From Octopus sinensis (taxonomy: Eukaryota), in NCBI RefSeq assembly GCF_006345805.1, contig NC_043001.1:42780001-42844000 (forward strand): DNA of 64,000 bases, read 5' to 3'. This document shows, in pieces, positions 13,501 to 24,702 of the stretch (the stretch's first letter is position 1; every line of letters starts with the position of its first letter). The notes below the pieces were generated by a model that worked only from the letters and a program-made list of their open reading frames with translations, searched no databases and was not told where the DNA came from. Position numbers and translations under genes: made by a program.

Positions 13501-15119
13501 TAGACACCCATTGCAAACAACACCAGTTATTAACTTCCATTCTAGTTAAAAACAATCTTTCAAGCTTAACTAAAAACTGGTGCGAACTTATACACATATC
13601 TTGTTCAAGAGCAAACTGTATCTTTCTGTGTAGTCTAGAATATCAGGGCTCAATCTGTTACAAGACGAAAGACGATCTTGATCGATATCAATAAGGTGCT
13701 ACGAATCGCAGCTAAGTCTAATGACCACCAAGTCTACGTTTAGGATTAGTATTTGATTGACCCAGTCCACCCAAATGTTGAGACAGATCTCATTTCCGTA
13801 AGAACATATATATTGCATAACTAGGGAGTATTTCATTAACTTGATGTGCGAGCTCGAATTCACCGACGGAATTCTTGAAATAAAAAAGTTTCTCAGAGAA
13901 CAAATGAACTATGTATTCTAAAGTCAGCTATACTACACGGAAAGTGTTAAACTTTAATATATTTGGGAATGGAAGATAGTGTAATGTTTACCCAGTGTAC
14001 TTATATTTAAGATATCCCGAGACATGTAATGTATGTGCACCATACATAGCATTAATATACAAGTACTTATTCCATAAACGACGGTTTGACAATAAAATGT
14101 GTTCAGAAATAAATTATCCCACGTTTTATTTTTATAAATTGGAATTCATAAGAAATCATTCTTCGGCAATATATATTTTGTTGAGACTAATCTATACAAA
14201 TTGCTGTTAAAGAGAGCAACAGATGATAGATAATTACATTATGCGGAAGGCTATAATATTTTTAAATGTCAAATCATTTGTTCTCCCCCCAAACCTTTCG
14301 GTATTTTGAAAGACTACACATTTTAGTGCATTAATTATATAACAGAAAGTAAGCTAAAATAACAAAATATCGATTTTTCTTCTTGCACTAAAAAATACGA
14401 AACTTGGGATCATTGAAGGAGGTCGGGAAAATAAAGTGAGTAGTAGGGAGAGAAACAACAGAATATTGCAACTAAATAGTAATATACCATAAATAATACA
14501 TTTCTTTGAATTAACGATGGTAATATCACCGACTGAAACACAAAATTATCGATAGCTAACAAGGAGCATGTAACCTAAAAGTTGCTATTTTTACAATGAA
14601 CTGAGGAAGCCCTTTACATTTTACCTTACAGAAAAAGTTTATAGGTCAAAACACTAGATTTACATATAGTAATAAACGACAGTAATTATATAGGTGTTAG
14701 CATGAAAAACAAAAGGTTAATACTAAAATAATTCTAGTATTTAACACGAAGCCAATAATATTAATCAATTTACAGAATGTAAATGATAAACTGCAGGATG
14801 TTTTAGAGATTGAATAGCAAGTTAATATAAGAACAGGGTCGAATTACACCGGGTCATATCCAAGGTGAGACGGTCATAGGAATCAAACCTAAGAAAATCA
14901 ACGGGTTTCGTTTACAATTCTTTTACCTTTGCATTTTTTATGGAGATCTTCAAAAGTTCCAGGATTGTCAGGAAAATTTGTTGGGGGAATTTCTGATGGG
15001 GGACCTCCAGAAAGCCCAGAAGTTTGTGCCGGTTCTTTAGGTGGTGCAGGTGGCGGTGGTGTTAATAACGGTGGTACCGCCGCTGATGGAGGTTGTGATG
15101 CTGCATTTACATTACCCAT
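4460..15119 (-). CDS. TOMM40: Mitochondrial import receptor subunit TOM40, complete 7-exon gene (337 aa)
   Basis: Exons 15119-14927, 11013-10853, 10245-10144, 10026-9921, 7733-7602, 6654-6475 and 4599-4460, all GT-AG with matching phases, total 1014 nt. Hallmark Tom40 motifs: NPGTFEDLHKKCK, VFPQVFEGGKLIISKGLSSHFQISH, PVLIGDTDASGNMNANIIHQ, QLDTNWCVGAMLEKKLLPFPFTFALSG...YRFGVGLIVG*. Confidence 0.97.
4893..5222 (+). mobile_element. RTE LINE 3' end / RTE-tail SINE-like copy
   Basis: Matches the 3' UTR of the RTE copies at 36.5-36.8 kb and 59.2-59.5 kb; (GAT)n tail. Confidence 0.85.
6475..6654 (-). CDS. TOMM40: TOMM40 coding exon 6
   Basis: ttcag|(G)DKWQLSANCSPAAGGIHLGFHQ...TTVGYQYEIPNAGMTFR(G)|gtaagt. 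Confidence 0.95.
7363..7578. mobile_element. TTAA-flanked MITE (piggyBac-type)
   Basis: TTAA|CCCTTTAGCATT ... AATGCTAAAGGG|TTAA. Confidence 0.9.
7602..7733 (-). CDS. TOMM40: TOMM40 coding exon 5
   Basis: tacag|(G)IAVAQYLQKVSSSLMLGAEVLYQYG...LSLAGKYS(G)|gtaacg. Confidence 0.95.
8112..8436 (-). mobile_element. RTE LINE 3' end / RTE-tail SINE-like copy
   Basis: catcatcattatcatcgtttaacgtccgctttccatgctagcatggg... is the reverse complement of the RTE tail. Confidence 0.87.
9030..9200. repeat. Fold-back palindrome (MITE-like hairpin)
   Basis: Arms 9030-9113 and 9117-9200 match at 75/84 positions around a 3-nt loop. Confidence 0.9.
9921..10026 (-). CDS. TOMM40: TOMM40 coding exon 4
   Basis: tttag|IQNSKWLATQCAVDYKGNNFTGSCTLGNIDIVNES(G)|gtaagt. 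Confidence 0.95.
10144..10245 (-). CDS. TOMM40: TOMM40 coding exon 3
   Basis: tatag|AYPVLIGDTDASGNMNANIIHQFTERLRGKFVAQ|gtaagt, 102 nt. Confidence 0.96.
10853..11013 (-). CDS. TOMM40: TOMM40 coding exon 2
   Basis: ttcag|AT GTA TTT CCT; (D)VFPQVFEGG...GTKMYSAQE|gtaaag. Confidence 0.96.
12806..13188 (-). mobile_element. tRNA-derived SINE, near full length
   Basis: Minus-strand head with A-box (TGGCTGTGTAG) and B-box-like GGTTCAGTCCC, CORE-like ccttgggcaagtgtc, central (TA)/(TG) microsatellite. Further copies at 24.4, 28.8, 42.1 and 46.8 kb. Confidence 0.85.
14927..15119 (-). CDS. TOMM40: TOMM40 coding exon 1
   Basis: ATG at 15119; Pro-rich N-terminus MGNVNAASQPP...NPGTFEDLHKKCK, phase-1 donor G|GTAAAA. 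Confidence 0.96.
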
Positions 15120-15194
15120 AGTGTCCTAAATATGTTGAAAACTGCTATTAAAATTTATATACAGTTATATTATAGAACAGCCCCTAAATCTTCT

Positions 15195-15340
15195 CCAGCC
15201 CCGCTTCACGTGGAGCAGAGGATTGAAGCCATGTGTTCGTACATGCGCAGTAATTAACTTCCGCTCAAATATCGAAAAGTCCTATTAATCAGTAGGAGCT
15301 AACTCAGTTGCGCGTAACCGGCTTTGATTTAACGGAAGAC
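15195..15340 (-). promoter_or_regulatory. Putative TOMM40 core promoter (locally CpG-rich)
   Basis: 80-220 nt upstream of the ATG: E-box CACGTG (~15207), NRF1-like CATGCGCA (~15242), ETS-like ACTTCCG (~15258). Motif-level evidence only. Confidence 0.45.
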
Positions 15341-16041
15341 AAATGTATTGGGCACTAATATAAAACTAATCTAATTGTTTCCGACTAAGTCATTTGATTG
15401 TGACCAGCTCATACAGATTGTAAACAACGAGTAGACTTCACTTAAAATGTATTTCTACAAAAAGGTGTTATTTAACCCAGGCAATCCTGATCAGGTACAA
15501 TGCGTATAGGACAATATATAGGGTGTTGTTCGTTATTGTTTATCCCCAGGTAGCACTGTGATTACGAGCGTTATATCATCAACCATTCTTCCTATTTTAG
15601 AATCTGTATTTAGGAGTAAATTACATCCACATGGTCTTTCTTTTTTAAGATTAATGATGTGATTTTTAAGGAAAGTTGGCTACTATTTCTAAGAGATTTG
15701 GTGGATGCGTATAAATTCCCTTCTTGTTTATCCCGTTTGCTTCTTTCAAAGTATGATTATTTTTTGATTAGCAAACTAGAAATAAATATGAAGAAAAACA
15801 GCTTGTCTTCCTTTCCAGTGCTAAGCGCATATGTCACGGCAAGTAGCTTTTTTCTGGTCAGTACTCCACAGCTTACCTTAACGCTAGCTATCTTACACGC
15901 CCACTAATTCATTCATGATCGATGACTTGCATAAAATATAGGGTGTGGGATGGGGCACAATGAGTAATATTTACTGCATTTTTGACCGAGTAAAAATATT
16001 TTTTTACAAATCTTCACTACTTTACAAAAACTAAGCAAATG

Positions 16042-16450
16042 GGATCTTTTCGGTTTGAACGGCAGTTTTTTTTCTAGCGGTGTCATGAAATTGTCACCCA
16101 TAATTATGACCCTAGTATCGATCTATTGCATTTCAATCTGTTTTAGGGTTAGGGGTGGGGGGAAGGGTATCTTTTTTTCTTCAGAAATGTAAATAAACCC
16201 AATCTGTTTCTTAAACGAGGGACATTCATACGGCACAGAATGTTTTCACCTCAATAGACGTCATTGATTGGTTGAAATTGCAGAAATTAAAGAAAAAAAA
16301 CAACAAATATCTTACAAACCATAGAATTTTCTCAATAAAGCCAAGAGAAAAAGATGTTTTATTAACACATTCTACCAGTATACAAAGTTTAAAAGTGTTT
16401 AGTTACGTGGAAATTATTTTAAAAAACTGCCGTTCAAACCGAAAAGATCC
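16042..16450. mobile_element. MITE with GG-terminal ~30-bp TIRs and 8-bp TSD (Merlin-like)
   Basis: TIR GGATCTTTTCGGTTTGAACGGCAGTTTTTT at both ends; AGCAAATG duplicated at 16034-16041 and 16451-16458. Confidence 0.85.
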
Positions 16451-19395
16451 AGCAAATGACCTCCAAATGCATTAAAAAAACACTTTAACATATTCAGAAC
16501 ACTATTTTAAGAAATTACCTCAGTTCTGTTTGAGTATGTGTGTGTGTGGAGGGGTGGGTGAGATGAAGTGTTTTAACTGCATTTTTGAATTTGTGACAAT
16601 GTATTTTTTACAAATGTTCACTACCTTACAAAAACTATATCACCTAAGCAAATGGCCTTCCCTAAATGCATTAAAAGTATTATAACATATGCTGAACTCT
16701 ATTTCAGAAAATTATCGCTGTTCTCCTTGAGCATATAAAAAACAAACTTGGAGTGGCTTACATCTTGATGTATTTACACACTATGCAATTAAGGGGAAGA
16801 AATTATTGAAATTAGTCATTACTCGTTGTGCCCCGCTTTAGACATCATTTTCTGAAGATGGAAAATGATCAAATTAGACATTAGTCTTGGGGGTAAAAAA
16901 ATTTACCTGGAATCCAATAGAGAAAAGAATATTGTTAAACACTAAAAATTGTTCAGATATTTGACCCAATTGTAATTGTGGTTACTGATAGTAATCAAAG
17001 TTGAAGAAAATTTTTTTGAAAAAGAAGTACTTGTCACTTGACTATGTTTCAAACTCTCTCAACCTCAACAATAACTATGCCGACCAATTGTACTTACAAG
17101 GATGATTGAACAGAGCAAAATGATGATGTTATGCTTGCAATGTGATAATTTCAAACAGATAGAAAGAAAATGATGAGAAATCAAAAATTACTCATTCTTC
17201 CCTACTCCCTAGTTTTCTTTGAGGAAATGTGTCTATTTGCAATGATAATTTCTTACGACAAATTCTTTTGGTACATTTAAGTAGGCACCATCTGCACGAA
17301 GCACCATCTTCAGTGGGCTTCATATCCTCACCACAACCAGGTCAAAGCTAAAAAGTAATTTTTCCTAATATATTTGCTGTTAATCATTCTAAGTCTATTA
17401 GCAGTTGATACACTTGTTATCCATACATTGTCCATGTTAATGATAAATACAGAAATGTCTTGATAGACGAGTTAATTTGTTCCTGCAGATCACTCGTAAT
17501 GCAAAAGCTTGTGAAGTAGAGCAATAATTTCCCATAGTAGCAATGAAACTTTATACCGTCATTTTACTCCGTCACAGTGTAGACGCGACAGAACCAGTGT
17601 TGCCACACACACAAGATGGCTGTTCAACCTTTTTATATTTATTATAAAACAAAACTCATAAACCCAGTGTCTTGTAAAGTGGGTTCTCAAAAAGTGAGGT
17701 ATTACTGTATAATCGTAAAATATTTTGTAGGTTTCAACTTGAATAATTGAGAACATTATACAGGATGCTTTATAGTACATAGCGGCATTTCACTTTTCAT
17801 TCTTTAATAGTGTCTGTGAAAATAAATACTTTCCCTTTCTGGAAAAGAAAACACCTACTTTGGACAACCCAAACAGTTTCACTTTCATAAAACCCCAGAG
17901 AAAAGTTCTGGAAAAAAAAACCATAATAGGTCCATTAACTGGTATTATTTTGTTTCAGCAAGTACAGGTGACAACTCCAGATATGTTTTGACCTTATAAT
18001 GACATAGACTCATTGTATTATTGAAGTAGAGGGTGTAAAAATAGAAGAAAGCTTCAGTTCTACATTACCACAAAGAAAGTGCGATTTCAGATATGTTGAG
18101 CAAACCACATGTTTCTCTGTAATCTCAGAGCTGTATTTTTCTCCCAGTCTGTAAATATTGCTGTTGTTAACTGTAAAAGGCCAATACAGTTTGTATTTAT
18201 TTGTGACAATAAATTCTTGTTAAATGTTCATGGATGTTGTTCAGTTACTTCTTCATGTAACCAAGAAACATATTTTTATCCATTAACTCAACCAGCTAAC
18301 ATAGCAGCATTGACATTTATTGAGCGAAAACACCTAAAGCTCCATGAAGCTCTGGCAGGGGGGGGGGTGACCCCTGTTGTACTCTTTTGCCCCAACTTTC
18401 TCTCACTCTTTCTTCCTGTTTCTTGTCCCCAACTTCCTACGCAACCGCTGAGCCTGGATGCGCATTCATCCATCCGTTGATGCTCTTGGTGTCGGGGGTT
18501 GACCTGCTTTCTCTTCGGCAGCTCTTACGAATAGCAAAGGACCATGTTTCGAACTTCTCCCATCTTGTGATCTCTGGGACAAAGACCGTTCGCTCAACAG
18601 CAACAGCAACATTGACAAAATACCATATAATTCCACTCATGACACCAGTATAAGATCACACATAACTCATGTGACACATACTGGTTTTCAACCAATTGGC
18701 TGGCAGAAATATCATGCTATACCATAAAACATTCGGTGGATTTCTAGAAGTTTCCATGCTTTTTGTAGTATAAAAGTGAATGCCCAGGATCAACCAGAGT
18801 ATGGCCCTTCAAAGCATAAGCAACTATTATGATGAAAGGACACTATTTCTCCTCTAAGTGACACCAATCTTTTCTGTTCTTAATTTAATTTCAGCTAAAT
18901 TTGATTCTAGTTTTCTACAATACACTACAGTTGATTACTAGAAAACTTATTGTATAAATATAAATATTGTACATTACACCAATAAGAATAAAAATGTATT
19001 TAAACAACAGTTGTTATGGTTTAATATGGATAACATGTAGTCATAAACAACATACCAAAAGACATCTACACCCACTCAACAATAAACTAAATTTCTTCCA
19101 TGCTTCTTCCCCTTGCAGTGTCCACTTTGTTAGTCTCTCTTACCACCCCTCCCAAATCTGTTTCCTTTATTCAACTTTACTCTCCCTCATCACCTAGGAA
19201 AGGTATCCAGCTGTAGAAACCTAACCAAATATCACTCGCTCATGCATAACAGCAGCAGCTCCCAGTAAGAAATGTCTTGAACTGTGATGATTTGTTCAAT
19301 ACTTGCCAACATGAAACACACACATATAATGATTATGATAATGACACATACAGTCATACATACATACAAACACGCATGTAATGTATATATCAGCA

Positions 19396-21495
19396 CCATC
19401 ATTTAACGTCCATTGTCCATGCTGGCATGGGTCGGACGGTTTGACTGAGCTGGTATGCTGGAAGTCTGCACCAGACTCCTGTCTGATTTGGCATAGTTTT
19501 CTATGGTTGGATACCCTTCCTAACACCAACCACTCTAAGAGTATAATGGGTGCTTTTACATGCCACCAGCACGGGTACAATTTGTGTAACACTGGGGTGC
19601 ATTTATGTTGCACTGGCACAAGTGCCAGTTTGCGTGACATCAGTATCTGCCTCAACTGTGATTTTGCTCAATTTGACAGGTCTTTTTCTCAAGCATGACA
19701 TAATGCCAATGGTCTTGGTCATAGCCTTCATGAGGCTCAACACTTGAAAGGAGCTCAGCTACTTTGCCTCCATGAGGCTCAACGCTCAAATGGAACTCAG
19801 CCTCCTTGCCTCTGTAAGGCCCAACATTCAAAAGGAATTCAGCCACTGTGCTACCGTGAGGCCCAATGCTTAAAAGGAATTCAGTCACTTTGCCTTCATG
19901 AGGCCCAATGTTCAAAAGACGTCCTTTACGTGCCACCGGCATGGATGCACTTGGCTTGAAGGGTCCTCTCAAGCACAGCACATCGCCAAAGGTCTTGGTC
20001 ACCTGTCATTGCCTCTGTGAGGCTCAAAGTTCAAAAATCATGCTTCACCACCTCGTCCTATGTCTTCCTCAGTCTACCTCTATCACAGGTTCCTTCCACA
20101 GTTAGAGATTGACACTTCTTTACACAGCTGTCCTTGTCCATATGCATCACATGACCATACCAGTGCAGTTGTCTCTCTTGCGCATCACATCTGATTCCTC
20201 TTATGCCCAACTTTTCTCTCAAGATGCTTACACTGTCGAACATGCACACTGACAGTGCACATCCAGTGAAGCATACTGGCTTCATTTCTTTCAAGCCTAC
20301 ACAGTCCTCAGCTGTCATAGCCCATGTTTCACTGCCATACAGCATAGCTGTATGCACACAAGCATCAAACAATCTGCCTTTCACTCTGAGAGAGGCCCTT
20401 TGTTGCCATCAGAGGTAGGAGCTCTGAACTTTACCCAGCCTAATCTTATTCTCACAGCTATGCTTTTGGAGCATCCACCTCCACTACTAACTTGGTCACC
20501 TAGATAATGGAAGCTATTTACTACTTCTAGCTTGCCTCCTTGGCAGTTGATGAAGTCTATTTTCAGTGTTTATTGTATCTGTGCACATTCCACATACAAA
20601 AGCTAGTTTTCCTGTTAACCTTCCTCTGATGTTGCTACACCTTTTATGTGTCCAAAGCTTTCACTGGGTACATTTTATGGAGTTTGTACCTACATCTTTT
20701 CTACAGAGCCATCTACCTGAAGGGATTTGTGATTTGTCTGCCTTCCCACTTGTTATGACTTTGGTTTTTGCTAGGTTAAATCTAAGGCCCTTTGATTCTA
20801 GACCTTGCTTCCATACCTGGAACTTCTTCTCTAGTTCAGGTAGTGATTCAACTATAAGAGCAAGGTCATCGGCATAGAGGAGCTCCCAGGGGCATCTTGT
20901 CTTGAATTCTTCTGTTATTTCCTGGAGGACTATGATGAACAAGAGGGGGCTGAGCACCAATACTTGGTGAACTCCTACTTGTATCCTGAATTCTTCACTG
21001 TACTTGTTGCCCACCCCCACCTTACTAGTAGCATCCCTGTACAAGGCTGGTACAGCTCTCACCAACTTCTCATGTATCCCTAGTTTCTGCATTGATCACC
21101 AGATAAGGGATCAGGGGACTTTGTAAAAAGCTTTATCGAAGTCAAAAAAAGCCAAGTACAAAGGCTTATTATTGGTTGGGTATTTCTCCTGCAGTTGCTT
21201 CTACACGGCACAAAACCAAACTGTATCTCTCTAGACTAACTCTCTCTCTAATTAGCTGGGCTATGACTTCTCCGCAACTTTGATCTCCTGATCCAGCAAT
21301 TTGATACTTCTGTAACTATTTCTAAGGTATCATCTTTACCTTTGTAGAAGTTGACTATGGTGCTGCTACACCAGGAATTGGGTGACTTCTGATTTACAAT
21401 ATGGGTGACTAGACTATAATCCACACCACCAGATATTTTAAGCATCTCAGTGGTGATTCATGATGGGCCAGAGGCTTTCCCTGTCTTCATATCCT
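19396..21495 (-). mobile_element. 5'-truncated, decayed RTE LINE
   Basis: RT motifs [26 protein letters not shown]; C-terminal MLYGSETWA, RLHWYGHV; (GAT)n tail. Confidence 0.92.
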
Positions 21496-22087
21496 TGGTT
21501 TTCCGTCTTCATACCCTTAGGCTTTCCCTGTCTTCATATCCGTCATATATGTGTGTGTGTACACGAGTTGTCTAAGAGACCATAAGTCAAGACTACTGTC
21601 AATAAAGTAGCTATACTATCCAAAATGTATAGTATTATATATTATAGCAGGAAACTCATCATATGTGGGTGTGAATGTTTAAATTCCACATATGTTACCG
21701 CTTGAGTAAAGTGGTGCTTATGTTGACAGTCTTTTTTGACAGCATAGCTGATGACTGCTTTCAAAGACTTGTGGAATAAAGAAATCATTTATTTCAAAAA
21801 CATTTAAAGTTTGGTGACAGGAAGAGCATTTGTCAGTAAAATTGTGTCTGAAATAAGAAGGGAGATAGCTACAATATGACTAGTTGATAAATTTTTTTGG
21901 AACACGATAATGTGGAATGGAATGGTCATTGCCGCCAGCTGGTGAAAGCCCTGGGCATGCTTTTCTTTATGAATGTTACTTACACCTGAGGGGTCTCTTT
22001 AAAAAGTAATTGCTTTGATAATCTCTGTTGAACAGTGTTTTAACTCGCTATAGCCACATATACAGAAGCCTACAATATTCATACTTA

Positions 22088-22272
22088 CCGTAAATCCTTG
22101 AGTATAATACGCAGGGGATTAAACATTGAATAAACATTGCCAGACAGCAAATAGAGACTCGGACATTGCTTAGAAAATATTTTCCCTTTTTAACCTCATA
22201 TATAGTATGCACTAGTGATTTTAACCTTTAAATTTTGGGGGAAAAATGCGGGTTATACTCGAGGATTTACGG
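22088..22272. mobile_element. TA-flanked MITE (pogo/Tc1-type)
   Basis: TA|CCGTAAATCCTTGAGTATAA ... TTATACTCGAGGATTTACGG|TA. Confidence 0.85.
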
Positions 22273-22653
22273 TAATATGCTCTCGTGAGGTATTTCCTTC
22301 ACTCATATTGTTAATATAAGCACCACTATATCATTTATTTATCCATCTGTATTTCCATTGCTTAAGAGAAATATCTTTCACTAAGCATGAATAAGACGGA
22401 CACATGTTTATCGCTTGCGCTATTTGGTTGTTGAGATCAAACTCTCTCCAATTTGCATTGTCTATCAGGCTACGGGCAACTTTTTTTGAGAAGCGGGCCG
22501 CACGAGACATGACTCATCATCAGGCAATCTGCACTATGAAAAAAGCAAAGGTAATTTTTTTGTTGGGCGTGCCTTTCAGAAACTCCCACTGGCCGCATGT
22601 TGCTGATAACTGGTCTATATTATCCGAAAATGTTCGATTTTATTGGCGCTATC

Positions 22654-23595
22654 TTCAAAAAAGAGAGAACTTTCATAAGTTCTTTAAAATATAACTCAAG
22701 TAGTGCCTTGGTTATTAAGACATTGACTCTAATAAAAAGAGGAAATATTGAGGCGTAACAAAAATATGTAGCTGAACATATCTCCGAAGGCCGATAACCG
22801 ACAGTAAATTCTACAGTTTCATTTCTAACTAAACACCGGTGCTTAAGACATTAATAACAGTTTGAAACTGCCGTTGATTGTAGTTACTGTTGATTGTGTA
22901 ATGAAATTTCCATTTATTAATATCTAAAGGGCGTAACTTCAGTATAAGGACCGGATACATTTCAAGAAGGTGTTTCTTTTTTATATACGGGGCGGGGGGG
23001 TTAGGGGGGGGAGAAAAGGGTTTCTGTTATCTTCAGAAATGTAAACAAAGTCACGTGTGCACCTATACCGAAGGATCGCCATTTAAAGTTTTTTTACTTT
23101 TATAATAGTCTAATTTTTACTTTTACAATTGTCTGTTTTTCATATCTTCTTAAGTGACCTTTGTAATTTTTTTTTCTTTTCAAATTTTCCAGAAATATTT
23201 TCAAAAAAGACAGAACTTTCATAAATTCTTTAAAATACAACTCCAGTAGTGCCTTGGTTATTAAGACATCGAATCTAATAAAAAGGGGAAATATTGAGGC
23301 GTAACAAAAATATGTAGCTGGGCTTGTCTCCGAAAGCCGATAACCGACAATAAATTCTACAGTTTCATTTCTAACTAAACACCGGTGCTTACGACATACT
23401 AACGACAGTTTTAAAATACTGTTGATTGTGGCTAGTAAGTAATTAAATTTTCATTTATTAATATTTAAAGGTTTTTAAACTTTTATAATAGTCTAATTTT
23501 TACTTTTATAATAGTCTATTTTACATATCTTCTTAAGTGACTTTTTTTAGCCTTTGAAAGTAATTTTTTTTCTTTTCAAATTTTCCAGAAATGTC
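22654..23595. repeat. Local tandem duplication (~545-bp unit; second copy lacks ~150 bp)
   Basis: 22654-22930 matches 23200-23470; 23086-23199 matches 23471-23595. Confidence 0.85.
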
Positions 23596-24357
23596 TATTT
23601 CATTACACCATTTAGTATTCGTTTAAATACATTTGCATTTTAGCTTATTGCATGAAGAAAGTTAATGGTTTTAAACAAAATAATATTAGATTATTCGAAA
23701 ATTCTTCTGAAAATTGATATTTGTTTGGTGGCAGCCAGAGTAAATTTTTAAACGAAATAGAATAATAGAAATTACGTGGAATGAAGGGTAGCATGGCGTA
23801 TTTTCTAGAAAATATGGAGTGTTGAAAAAAGTTTACGCGAAATACAAGAACCAAAACCAGAAGCACGTGCATTTTATTTATTTATCTTTCGCGGAAAAAT
23901 ACTTTCTCTTCGCGATCACTTGCAGATTTTTGTAATAAAATAGAAATAATTTAATTTGAGCTTGAGAAGCACCCGCGGAAGTAGCTAGCACTTGTAGAAA
24001 AGTAAGGAAACATACTTTCATTTTAATTTGAACAGCACTCAGAGAAAACGGAAAAAGAAAAGGTCAATATAAAGATCCTCACCCGGGAACCAAAAAGTAC
24101 CGGATACATTTCAAGAAAGTGTTTTTTTTCTCTATATATGGGGGTGGGGTGGTGGTTAGGGTTTGTGTTAGGGGTGGGAGAAAAGGGTTTCTGTTATCTT
24201 CAGAAATGTAAACAAAGCCACTTACGGTACCTATACCTAAGGATCGCCAAAAAATAAATAAAATAACCAGCCTGGTGGGTGTTAACAAGTGTGTGGAAAA
24301 CGAATATGAAAAAAATAATGCTCGCTGACGACCCTGGGGTAGTGGGGATGGATATAT

Positions 24358-24702
24358 ACTCTCTTTTTACTTGTTTCAGTCATTTGACTGTGGCCATGCT
24401 AGAGCACCGCCTCTAGTCGAGGTATCGGTCTCTTTTGCCGAACCGCTAAGTTACGGGGACGTAAACACACCAGCATCGGTTGTCAAGCGATGTTGGGGGG
24501 ACAAACACACACACACATATATATATATATACATATATACGACGGGCTCCTTTCAGTTTCCGTCTACCAAATCCACTCACAAGGCTTTGGTCGGCCCGAG
24601 GTTATAGTAGAAGACACTTGGCCAAGGTGCCACGCAGTGGGTCTGAACCTGGAACAATGTATTTGGCAAGCAAGCTACTTACCATATAGCCACTCCTACG
24701 CC
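24358..24702 (-). mobile_element. tRNA-derived SINE (internal deletion)
   Basis: Nearly identical to 12806-13188. Confidence 0.85.

Noticed and set aside
19652-20002. 116-aa ORF with 14-aa repeats
   Set aside because: Translation of the 42-bp minisatellite inside a decayed LINE.
21474-21541. Three short imperfect repeats at the 5' junction of an RTE
   Set aside because: Typical microduplication at a 5'-truncation junction; no further significance evident.
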